Positions 48,228 through 56,227 of a stretch of 64,000 nt of DNA are shown in pieces; position 1 is the stretch's first letter; each line of letters opens with the position of its first letter. Origin of the DNA: an uncultured Methanosarcinales archaeon. GTDB taxonomy: Archaea > Nanobdellota > Nanobdellia > Woesearchaeales > DATDXC01. The position numbers and the translations under genes were made by a program. Location of the stretch: positions 611 through 64,610 of the forward strand of contig CAZDZV010000004.1 in assembly GCA_964510025.1 (NCBI GenBank), written 5' to 3'. The notes beneath the pieces were generated by a model that saw nothing but the letters and a program-made list of their open reading frames with translations, was not told the origin of the DNA and did no database searches.

Positions 48228-48724
48228 ACATACAGCACCAGTCTTATTATCTGTGAGTCGTAGTTGACAAACCTCAGGATCTTGATGAGCTGCTCGGGAT
48301 CTGAATCCTTGTAGTTAGCGCCGATCTCATCCACTCCATCTATGTTCACTGTATTATTGTCCTTATCTTCAAATGTGACGTAGTAGTTCCTGTCTGTCGA
48401 AAGGAGCAGCCTCGACCTGTCATAATCAGCCAGTGCGATATTGTTGAAGTTGCCCACCTTGTTGGCATCCAGGTCCATGCTTCCGTTTGTAAGCCCGATT
48501 ATCACCGCATTTCCTGGTTCCCAGTCTGCGGGATAGCCGCTTGAAACGAGATAGTTTGATACAAGCTTTGCATCGATCAGCAGGTTATCCATGCCCTGTT
48601 CCTTTACATCAAGTGCAGAGGTGCTGTACTGATAGAAGATATAGATGCCTACAGAGAATATCAGCAGCGCTATAGCGATGTCAGCTCCCCACATCTGCGC
48701 TTTAGTTGATGTATATCGTTCCAT
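48221..48724 (-). CDS. Pilin-like protein (167 aa) with N-terminal hydrophobic helix
   Basis: 'MERYTSTKAQMWGADIAIALLIFSVGIYIF' has class-III-like A-1/Q+1 with D at +6. Overlaps both neighbouring genes. Confidence 0.5.
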   Translation of the reverse strand: MERYTSTKAQMWGADIAIALLIFSVGIYIFYQYSTSALDVKEQGMDNLLIDAKLVSNYLVSSGYPADWEPGNAVIIGLTNGSMDLDANKVGNFNNIALADYDRSRLLLSTDRNYYVTFEDKDNNTVNIDGVDEIGANYKDSDPEQLIKILRFVNYDSQIIRLVLYVW

Positions 48725-49079
48725 TTGTCTTGTTTATTATGTTTATGCCCTTGGTGATGGTCCCGGTGACATTAGGTATCTCTTTCCAGAAATCCTGGTT
48801 GTCGGCATGGATGATCACATATTTTCCTTCTATGGATATTGAATAGTTCTTGGTAAGCAGCTTCTCAGGCAGAGTGAATTCCCTGACATAGCCGTCTACG
48901 ACCCTTGCGGCCAGATTTACCTCTTTCTGTATCTTGCTTACCACAGAATCCGCAACCAACAGGAACTTGTTCCTGTTCACTACAGTTGTGTTGTATGCCA
49001 CTGCTCCCATCACAATGGCAAATATGAATAGCATGCCTCCCACAAGAAGCATGAATTCCGTTGATGCCTGCGACTTCAT
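48702..49079 (-). CDS. Archaeal type IV pilin-like protein, class III signal peptide
   Basis: 'MKSQASTEFMLLVGGMLFIFAIVMGAVA': Q+1, E+5, then a hydrophobic helix. Confidence 0.7.
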   Translation of the reverse strand: MKSQASTEFMLLVGGMLFIFAIVMGAVAYNTTVVNRNKFLLVADSVVSKIQKEVNLAARVVDGYVREFTLPEKLLTKNYSISIEGKYVIIHADNQDFWKEIPNVTGTITKGINIINKTNGTIYIN

Positions 49080-49492
49080 GTTGAGTTTATGAATACATAT
49101 CCCTCGTTCGCTTCTACGCTTACATATTGGTATCCCTCTGATGTTTTTATGCTGCCCTTCAAAGGGATAGGAGACAAATAGAAGATATCAGATTCGCCCA
49201 TCCTTGTCTGTACCTTGAAGGATATCTCATAGGCGACATCAGTCGGATCTGCAGGATCAAGGCTATTGAGGTTCACTGAATTTACCCCGCCCGGCATGTA
49301 TATCTTGATGGTGGTTTTGGTCGGCGCGCCGTAGTAGTAGATGGATTCAGCAGTATCGACGATCTCCTTGGATATCTGGTCTATCTGGTTTGTATTTATC
49401 GTGCCTCTGACCTCAGACGAATAATGAGAGGATACAGCTATTATCGACAGAGCTATGAAAGTGGCCACTCCAACAACAAGCACGTATTCCAA
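49076..49492 (-). CDS. Pilin-like protein; annotated TTG start probably too short (upstream in-frame '...RLGQVGLEY' gives a class III signal)
   Basis: From the TTG: 'LEYVLVVGVATFIALSIIAVS'. The in-frame upstream codons read 'ISREIRLGQ|VGLEYVLVV' (Q+1/E+5) with no ATG or GTG. A possible ATT start lies 7 nt after SD 'AAGAGGTG' at ~49528. Confidence 0.55.
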   Translation of the reverse strand: MEYVLVVGVATFIALSIIAVSSHYSSEVRGTINTNQIDQISKEIVDTAESIYYYGAPTKTTIKIYMPGGVNSVNLNSLDPADPTDVAYEISFKVQTRMGESDIFYLSPIPLKGSIKTSEGYQYVSVEANEGYVFINST

Positions 49493-49690
49493 GCCTACCT
49501 GTCCCAGCCTTATTTCTCGAGAAATTCCTATACACCTCTTGGTGGAATATATAAATTACTACTATATAAATTTAATCATATTCTCTCATCCAGCATCCGG
49601 AATATAGTCACTATCTCAGAATTAATACATAGCTTTAAAAAACAAATAGGCAGATAGTATAATTGGGTAGTGGTCAATATAGAATTTAGA
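49493..49690. promoter_or_regulatory. Divergent promoter region between the pilin/adhesin operon (-) and the assembly-machinery operon (+)
   Basis: AT-rich. Duplicated 'atataaatt' boxes ('gaatatataaattactactatataaattt') and SD-like elements facing both ways. Confidence 0.3.
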
Positions 49691-50536
49691 ATGGATGAGA
49701 AAAATATATCCGAAACTGAAAAAGAGCTGATAGGATACATACAAAAGCTGCTTTCTGAAAACCATACTAAGGATGATATCAAAAAAGCATTGCTGGAAGT
49801 GGGATGGCCGGAAGACTATGTAGCATCTATCCTTGAAAACACCGAAAAGCCGCTGATGCAGCCTGCTGATTCTGCGCCAGCTGACCTAAAGACCTATGAG
49901 ACAGAATTTGATAAGATAGTGGATCTGGCAAAAGAAAAAGGGAGCATAAAGGTATCAGCTCTGGCAAAGCATCTGGGAGCAGACAAGAAAAATATCGAGG
50001 AGTGGGCCACTATCCTTGAAGAGCACAACCTTGTTAAGATATATTACCCGCTGATTGGCGAAGCAGAGGTAAGAAAGACAGACTATAAGCCGCCGAAAAA
50101 GCCGAAAAGGCAGCCAAAGAAGGATAAGCCAAAGAAGGATAAGCCAAAAAAGACAGCAAACAGGCCTCTTTGTGTCTCGATAATAGCTGTCCTGTTTTTC
50201 ATCTCAGGCGGCTTTAGCCTTATTTACAGCCTTTTCCTGATGATACAGGGCGGGATGGGAGCTGCTTCAGCAAGCGCAGTGCCTATCGGCGGCCCGATCA
50301 TAGCAGAGATGATTAAGGGATTCTACATCTTCATAGTATTTATCCAGGTATTGGTTGGCGCCTTTTCGATCCTCATAGGGTTGGGCTTATGGAACCTGAA
50401 GAACTGGGCAAGGATAACCGCTATAGTCCTTCACGCCATAGGTATGCTGACCATAATAATGATACCGATATCCATTCTGATCATATATCTTCTTTCGAAA
50501 AAAAGCACCAAGCAGGCATTCATGGAAGTGAGATAA
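49691..50536 (+). CDS. Membrane protein with cytoplasmic winged-helix-like N-domain, Lys/Pro repeat linker and 4 TM helices
   Basis: 'KGSIKVSALAKHLGADKKNIEEWATILEEHNLVKIYYPLIGEAEV' looks wHTH-like. Linker 'KPPKKPKRQPKKDKPKKDKPKK'. C-terminal half is hydrophobic. An alternative GTG start lies at 49670. Confidence 0.5.
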   Translation: MDEKNISETEKELIGYIQKLLSENHTKDDIKKALLEVGWPEDYVASILENTEKPLMQPADSAPADLKTYETEFDKIVDLAKEKGSIKVSALAKHLGADKKNIEEWATILEEHNLVKIYYPLIGEAEVRKTDYKPPKKPKRQPKKDKPKKDKPKKTANRPLCVSIIAVLFFISGGFSLIYSLFLMIQGGMGAASASAVPIGGPIIAEMIKGFYIFIVFIQVLVGAFSILIGLGLWNLKNWARITAIVLHAIGMLTIIMIPISILIIYLLSKKSTKQAFMEVR

Positions 50537-50537
50537 G

Positions 50538-52052
50538 GTGGAAGAGATAGACAGGTATGAGGTAACTGCCGATGAGATAAAGGCAGAAGTCCGCATACTT
50601 GGCGGAAAAGGCATCATGAACACATACAACCTCATAGTGCCAACTGTCAGCAAGCCCACGATGGCACTCATAGAAGAGCTGAAGCAGGAGCTTATCATGA
50701 ACGTGAAGGTCAGCGCTGCTGAGATCCTGGATCCGAAGATCATGAACAAGCTTAAGCAGAAGTTCAAGGAAGAGTCCCAGCAGATGCTTAAGAAAAAGGT
50801 GCCCACCTTGGATGAGGACGCAAGAAATTTCCTGGTTGGCATCCTTCTTCATGACATGCTTGGCTTCGGCAAGACAGAATTTCTCCTGAATGATGGCGAC
50901 CTGGAGGAGATCATCATCAATTCCGCAACAGAGCCCGTGAGGGTGTACCATAAGAAGTTCGGCTGGCTGGAGACCAACATAAGCATCGAATCCGAAGACA
51001 AGATACAGAACTTCAGCAACATGATCGCAAGAAGGGTAGGAAGGCAGATCAACACCCTTAATCCCCTGCTTGACGCCCATCTGATCACAGGAGACAGGGC
51101 CAATGCTGTCTTTTACCCTATAGCAAACAAAGGGAATACTATTACCATCAGAAAATTTGCCAGGGACCCCTGGACTGTAACTGACTTCATAACGAACAGG
51201 ACATCAAATGCAGATATCTTTGCGCTTATCTGGCTCGCCATGCAGTATGAGATGAACATAATAATCAGCGGAGGCACAGGCTCGGGAAAGACAAGCTTGC
51301 TGAACGTTTGCATGCCGTTTATCCCGCCAAACCAGAGGATCATAAGCATTGAGGATACAAGGGAGCTGCAGCTTCCTAAGTTCCTTTACTGGTGCCCTCT
51401 GACGACAAGGCAGCCTAATCCTGAGGGAAAAGGCGAGGTTACTATGCTTGATCTGCTCGTAAATTCGTTAAGGATGAGGCCAGACAGGATCATACTTGGA
51501 GAGATAAGGAGGAAGACAGAGGCCCAGGTCCTTTTCGAGGCAATGCACACCGGCCACAGCGTCTATGCCACCATACACGCGGATTCCACAAAAGAGACCA
51601 TACAGAGGCTTATAAATCCGCCTATCAGCGTTCCCAAGAATCTGCTCTCAGCCGTAAACCTGAACGTGGTCATGTTCAGGGAAAGGAGAAGGACATTGAG
51701 AAGGGTCTACCAGGTCGGCGAATTCGTTGTAGGCGAAGAGGCCCAGAACATATCGGTCAAGCAGAATGTGCTTTTCAGGTGGAAGCCTTCCAACGATAGC
51801 ATTGTCCAGCATTCGCCGTCGGTCAGGATCTACGAGGACCTGAGCAGGCACACCGGTCTCTCAGAATCAGAGATAAAGAAAGATCTGGAAGGAAAGAAGA
51901 AGGTGCTGAGCTACATGGTGAAAAATAAGATCCGAAGCCTGAATGAGGTGGGCAAGGTGATGAAGGATTTCTACCTGGACCCCAATGGAGTTGTTGATGC
52001 TGTGGAGAAGAATGTTCACCCTGAAAAGATATTAGGTAGTCACGATGTTTAA
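50538..52052 (+). CDS. Type II/IV secretion-family assembly ATPase (FlaI/PilB/GspE/VirB11-like)
   Basis: Walker A 'IIISGGTGSGKTSLLN', Asp box 'RPDRIILGEIRR', His box 'MHTGHSVYATIHAD'. GTG start. Confidence 0.85.
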   Translation: MEEIDRYEVTADEIKAEVRILGGKGIMNTYNLIVPTVSKPTMALIEELKQELIMNVKVSAAEILDPKIMNKLKQKFKEESQQMLKKKVPTLDEDARNFLVGILLHDMLGFGKTEFLLNDGDLEEIIINSATEPVRVYHKKFGWLETNISIESEDKIQNFSNMIARRVGRQINTLNPLLDAHLITGDRANAVFYPIANKGNTITIRKFARDPWTVTDFITNRTSNADIFALIWLAMQYEMNIIISGGTGSGKTSLLNVCMPFIPPNQRIISIEDTRELQLPKFLYWCPLTTRQPNPEGKGEVTMLDLLVNSLRMRPDRIILGEIRRKTEAQVLFEAMHTGHSVYATIHADSTKETIQRLINPPISVPKNLLSAVNLNVVMFRERRRTLRRVYQVGEFVVGEEAQNISVKQNVLFRWKPSNDSIVQHSPSVRIYEDLSRHTGLSESEIKKDLEGKKKVLSYMVKNKIRSLNEVGKVMKDFYLDPNGVVDAVEKNVHPEKILGSHDV

Positions 52053-52938
52053 GATTCCATATGCCCTGCTTCCCGAGCCTGCATTGCAGAAAAATTCATC
52101 TTTCTTCATCGGGCTTGGCGCTGCGCTCGAAAAGTCATTTCCATTCCTTAAGCTGGCCCTCAAGCAGGCTGAGACAGACTATTCGCCGAGGGAATACCTC
52201 AGCATGTGCCTTATGGCCAGCACCATCTTTTTCTTTTTTTTCCTTTCCTTCCTGACATTTGTCCTGCTGATACTGGACGTTGATAACTTTTTCCTCATGG
52301 CTCTGATGGCTGCCACTGCGATAACCATGTTCGCATTTTTCCAGCAGATAAGCTATCCTAAGATACATGCGAACAGGCGGCTGCGGGATATTGAGAGGAA
52401 CCTGCTCAGCGCCCTGCAGAACATCCTGATCCAGCTCAACTCTGGCGTGCCCTTGTTTGAGACAATGGTCAATGTCTCAAAAGAGGATTATGGTGAGATA
52501 TCCAAGGAGTTCTCCAAGGCTGTAAAGGCTATAAACGGAGGCAAAGACCAGATAGAGGCGCTGGAAGATATGGCTGCAATCAACCCGTCATTATTCTTCA
52601 GGAGAGCTATTTGGCAGCTAGTCAACGGCATGAAATCAGGTGCTAATATGACCACGGTCATACAGGAGATAATAGACCTCCTCGCAGAGGAGCAGATCCT
52701 GCAGATCCAAAGGTATGGTAGCCAGCTGAACCCCTTGGCCATGTTCTATATGCTGGTAGTGGTGATTGCTCCCTCGCTGGGCATGACATTCATGCTCGTC
52801 CTTTCATCATTTATCAGCCTTCCGGAGGTCATGACAAAGATGATGTTTTGGGGGGTATACGCGCTGGTTACTTTCTTCCAGATAATGTTCATGGGCATCA
52901 TTAAGTCAAAGAGGCCCAATTTGCTTCAGAGTGATTAG
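52045..52938 (+). CDS. T2SSF-domain membrane protein (FlaJ/TadB/TadC-like), first half
   Basis: Its ATG overlaps the ATPase stop. Single T2SSF-like repeat with flanking TM helices. Confidence 0.7.
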   Translation: MFKIPYALLPEPALQKNSSFFIGLGAALEKSFPFLKLALKQAETDYSPREYLSMCLMASTIFFFFFLSFLTFVLLILDVDNFFLMALMAATAITMFAFFQQISYPKIHANRRLRDIERNLLSALQNILIQLNSGVPLFETMVNVSKEDYGEISKEFSKAVKAINGGKDQIEALEDMAAINPSLFFRRAIWQLVNGMKSGANMTTVIQEIIDLLAEEQILQIQRYGSQLNPLAMFYMLVVVIAPSLGMTFMLVLSSFISLPEVMTKMMFWGVYALVTFFQIMFMGIIKSKRPNLLQSD

Positions 52939-52940
52939 AA

Positions 52941-53912
52941 ATGTATCAGTTTTTAGCCAATTTTTTTCCGAAAAAAGTACAGCAGGACTATGTTAACCTG
53001 TTGAGGTATTCAAACATCAAGATAAACCCTAGGCGGTTCATAGGCTTCGTTGGATTTTTCGGTTTTTTGCTGGCCCTTACTGTTGCGTTCTACGCATCAT
53101 GGTTTTTTGGGCTTTCCTTCTGGCTGTTTTTCTTTGGATTCTTTGTTCTTGCGCAGGTTACTGTATATTTCTACCTGGTGTTGAGGGCTGATTCAAAATC
53201 AAGATTTGTTGAAAGCATACTTCCTGACGTGCTGCAGCTTATGGCATCCAACCTCAGGGCTGGCCTGACCACTGACAAGGCGCTTTTGCTTTCCGCAAGG
53301 CCAGAGTTTGGATCGTTCAAGGATGAGATAAACCATGTCGGCAAGCAGATAGCAATGGGAAAAGAGATAGGCGCTGCCTTGGTGGATATGAGCAAGAAGA
53401 TCAAGTCTGAGAGGCTTGGCAAGACTGTTTCACTGGTAGTGTCCGGCCTTCAGGCAGGCGGCGAACTTGCTGCCCTCCTCGAGCAGACAGCGAAGAATCT
53501 CAGGCAGCAAAGCCTTGTGGACGACAGGATCAGGGCTAATGCTATGATGTATGTCATCTTCATATTCGTAGCCGTCTGTTTGGGAGCCCCTGGCCTTTTT
53601 GGGCTGAGCTCTTTCCTTGTGGAGGTCCTGCAGAGCGCGATAGGCACCCTTGACGTACCACAGAACATAGGGGCGTCGGTGCCGATCTCATTCTCTGAGA
53701 TCTCGATAGGCAATGATTTCATTATGATGTTCTCTGTAGTCTTTCTGATAACCTCCTCCATAATGGGTTCGCTGATCCTCGGCCTGATATCGAAGGGCAA
53801 GGAGAGGGATGGCATCAAATGGATACCCATACTGATAGCTGCAAGCCTCGCTGTCTTCTTTATCAGCCGGATAGTCGTCAAATCACTTGTCGGAGACCTA
53901 TTCCAATTTTAA
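52941..53912 (+). CDS. T2SSF-domain membrane protein (FlaJ/TadB/TadC-like), second half
   Basis: Starts 2 nt after the previous stop. Second T2SSF-like repeat ('LPDVLQLMASNLRAGLTTDKAL...') with TM helices. Confidence 0.7.
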   Translation: MYQFLANFFPKKVQQDYVNLLRYSNIKINPRRFIGFVGFFGFLLALTVAFYASWFFGLSFWLFFFGFFVLAQVTVYFYLVLRADSKSRFVESILPDVLQLMASNLRAGLTTDKALLLSARPEFGSFKDEINHVGKQIAMGKEIGAALVDMSKKIKSERLGKTVSLVVSGLQAGGELAALLEQTAKNLRQQSLVDDRIRANAMMYVIFIFVAVCLGAPGLFGLSSFLVEVLQSAIGTLDVPQNIGASVPISFSEISIGNDFIMMFSVVFLITSSIMGSLILGLISKGKERDGIKWIPILIAASLAVFFISRIVVKSLVGDLFQF

Positions 53913-53932
53913 ATTCGTAAACTTTATATATC

Positions 53933-54649
53933 ATGCACTATAGGTATTTTTTGATGGCTATAGAGAGGATAGCGACAGGCATAGCCGGGCTGGACGGCCT
54001 TGTGGGAGGCGGATTCAAGCGCAACACCATAAACCTTATAGCTGGAGCTCCTGGCACAGGAAAGACCATATTCGCTGTCCAGTTTATCATGGAGGGGATA
54101 AGGAAAGGGGAGCCCGGCGTCTACATAACTTTCGAGGAAAAGAAGAAAAATGTCTATGAAGACATGCTGGAATTTGGATGGGATCTTGAAAAAGCCGAGA
54201 AGGAGGGGAAATTTATCTTTATGGAATACACCCCTGAGCAGGTCAAGAACATCCTGACAGAAGGCGGAGGCATTGTTGAGTCAGTTATCGAGAAGACAAA
54301 AGCAAGAAGGATAGTCATTGACTCCATAACCTCATTCACCCTGCTCTATGGGGACGAGCTTACAAAAAAAGAGGCTGCACTTGCCTTATTTGAGCTGATC
54401 TCAAAGTGGAACTGCACCGGGCTTCTGACGTCCCAGGATATCTCCAAGGATGAACTTACGATATCAACTGCGCTGGAGTTTGAGGTTGACGGCATAATCC
54501 TTGTTTATCATGTCAGAAAAAAAGGCACAAGGATAAGGGCTATAGAGATACTTAAGATGAGGGGTACAAAGATACCTGAAAAGACATTCCAGCTTGAGAT
54601 AACAAATAAGGGTATCAAGATCAATACCCAGAAGATAGAGATGCTGTAA
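53933..54649 (+). CDS. KaiC/RecA-superfamily ATPase (FlaH-like)
   Basis: 'IATGIAGLDGLVGGGFKRNTINLIAGAPGTGKTIFAVQF' is the KaiC/RadA-like P-loop context. 238 aa, matching FlaH size. Confidence 0.7.
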   Translation: MHYRYFLMAIERIATGIAGLDGLVGGGFKRNTINLIAGAPGTGKTIFAVQFIMEGIRKGEPGVYITFEEKKKNVYEDMLEFGWDLEKAEKEGKFIFMEYTPEQVKNILTEGGGIVESVIEKTKARRIVIDSITSFTLLYGDELTKKEAALALFELISKWNCTGLLTSQDISKDELTISTALEFEVDGIILVYHVRKKGTRIRAIEILKMRGTKIPEKTFQLEITNKGIKINTQKIEML

Positions 54650-54663
54650 AAAAAGGTGATAGG

Positions 54664-55842
54664 ATGATAAAGGTTAAGGAACTGATGGTCAAGGATGTAA
54701 TAACGATAAATGCTGATGAGAGCGCCTATAGGGCAAGCGAGATCATGGCTGACAATTCTGTAAGCTGCCTTATAGTGATGGAAGACAGCAAGCCTATCGG
54801 CGTTTTAAGCGAGAGAAGCCTGGTGCATGACGTCCTTCTTAAGGAAAAAAATCCTAAAGACACCAGGGTTTCAGACATAATGAAAAAGATCAGCACCATG
54901 GGCCCTGATGAGCATTTCTTTTCCCTGGTTGAATACATGAGAAAGAACAACCTCAGGAGGGTTGTCATCGTAGATAAGGGCCAGCTGGCAGGCATCGTCA
55001 CAGAGACAGATGTCGTAAGGACATCCATAAGGCTCCAGAACTACCTGGAATCCAAGGCAATGGGAAAGGCAAAGAAAGGCGCTCTCATGAACAAGCTGGG
55101 CGACATACAGTTCGGCGTAAGAAAGATGAGCGCCGGATACAAGGACCTCAATGAGATCCTGCATGGAGGTTTTCCCTACAACAAGAGCATATTGCTGGTG
55201 GGCTCGCCTGGTTCAGGCAAGGGCCTGGTTGCTTTCACCTATATGAAGGAAGGGCTCATCTCGAAAAATAAGGTGGTTTATATCTGTATGAACGAGTTTC
55301 TCAAGGATATAGAGGGGCTCTTTGCATCTATTGGGGTGGATATAAACGATCATCTGAAGAAAGGCAATTTTGGCCTGATAAATATGTATAAGCAGATAAT
55401 CGATGACCCAAAAAGGATATTTAACGAGGAAGACCAGCTCCTGCTGAAGGAGTTTTCAGTCATCAAGGAGACGCTTCTTAACATAATCAAGGAATCAGAG
55501 GTCCCTATAAGGTGCGTTGTAAATGTCATTACCCAGTCATTGGTACTCCACAAGGAAGGAGTGGTCTATAAGTTCATATTGAGGCTGAATAATCTCCTAA
55601 AGGAGAACAACATTACTTCCCTCTTCTTTATCCACAGGGGGAAGAAAGATGACCAGTTTTCGGTCTCTATGGAGGAGATCATGGACGGGGTCCTGGATTT
55701 CAGCACAGAGAATGTGGGGCCACATGAGAAGAGGATTCTTACCCTGAAAAAGATGAAGCCTGAATTTGCCCATCTCCCGCTATACTACTACTACCAGTTT
55801 GACCGCACCAGGAACATGATGATAGACAGGATGAAGGATTAG
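54664..55842 (+). CDS. CBS-pair + KaiC-like ATPase-domain fusion protein with atypical Walker A (GSGKG)
   Basis: Two CBS-like repeats (aa 1-125; 'VKDVITI...', 'RRVVIVDKGQLAGIVTETDVV'). KaiC-like 'ILHGGFPYNKSILLVGSPGSGKGLVAFTY', with Gly replacing the Ser/Thr after the P-loop Lys. Confidence 0.65.
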   Translation: MIKVKELMVKDVITINADESAYRASEIMADNSVSCLIVMEDSKPIGVLSERSLVHDVLLKEKNPKDTRVSDIMKKISTMGPDEHFFSLVEYMRKNNLRRVVIVDKGQLAGIVTETDVVRTSIRLQNYLESKAMGKAKKGALMNKLGDIQFGVRKMSAGYKDLNEILHGGFPYNKSILLVGSPGSGKGLVAFTYMKEGLISKNKVVYICMNEFLKDIEGLFASIGVDINDHLKKGNFGLINMYKQIIDDPKRIFNEEDQLLLKEFSVIKETLLNIIKESEVPIRCVVNVITQSLVLHKEGVVYKFILRLNNLLKENNITSLFFIHRGKKDDQFSVSMEEIMDGVLDFSTENVGPHEKRILTLKKMKPEFAHLPLYYYYQFDRTRNMMIDRMKD

Positions 55843-55879
55843 AAAGCATTAAATAGGATTAGCTGATTTAGGGGGCAAA

Positions 55880-56227
55880 ATGAAAAAGACCATCATAGGA
55901 CTGACTGAGAAAGTGACGATAATAGGAAAGAAGAAGAGCCAGAAAAGGCTCATAGCTAAGGTGGATACAGGCGCCACAAAAAGCTCCATGGATTCCCGGC
56001 TTGCTGCCAGGATGCATCTTGGGCCGGTCATAAAGACAAAGCTTGTTAAGTCAGCTCACGGCAACAGGCTGAGGCCTGTGATAGAGGCCCATATAAAGAT
56101 TGCAGGCAAGAAGCTGAAAGCAGAATTCACCCTGGCAGACAGGATACACATGAAATATCACGTTCTCATAGGACAGAACATCCTTAAGCACGGATTTCTT
56201 ATCGATCCCTCTAAAAGAAGCAAATGA
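55880..56227 (+). CDS. Retropepsin-like aspartyl protease (RimK-associated)
   Basis: 'AKVDTGATKSSM' carries the D-T-G-A aspartic-protease active-site motif. 115 aa. 4-nt overlap with the following RimK-like gene. Confidence 0.55.
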   Translation: MKKTIIGLTEKVTIIGKKKSQKRLIAKVDTGATKSSMDSRLAARMHLGPVIKTKLVKSAHGNRLRPVIEAHIKIAGKKLKAEFTLADRIHMKYHVLIGQNILKHGFLIDPSKRSK

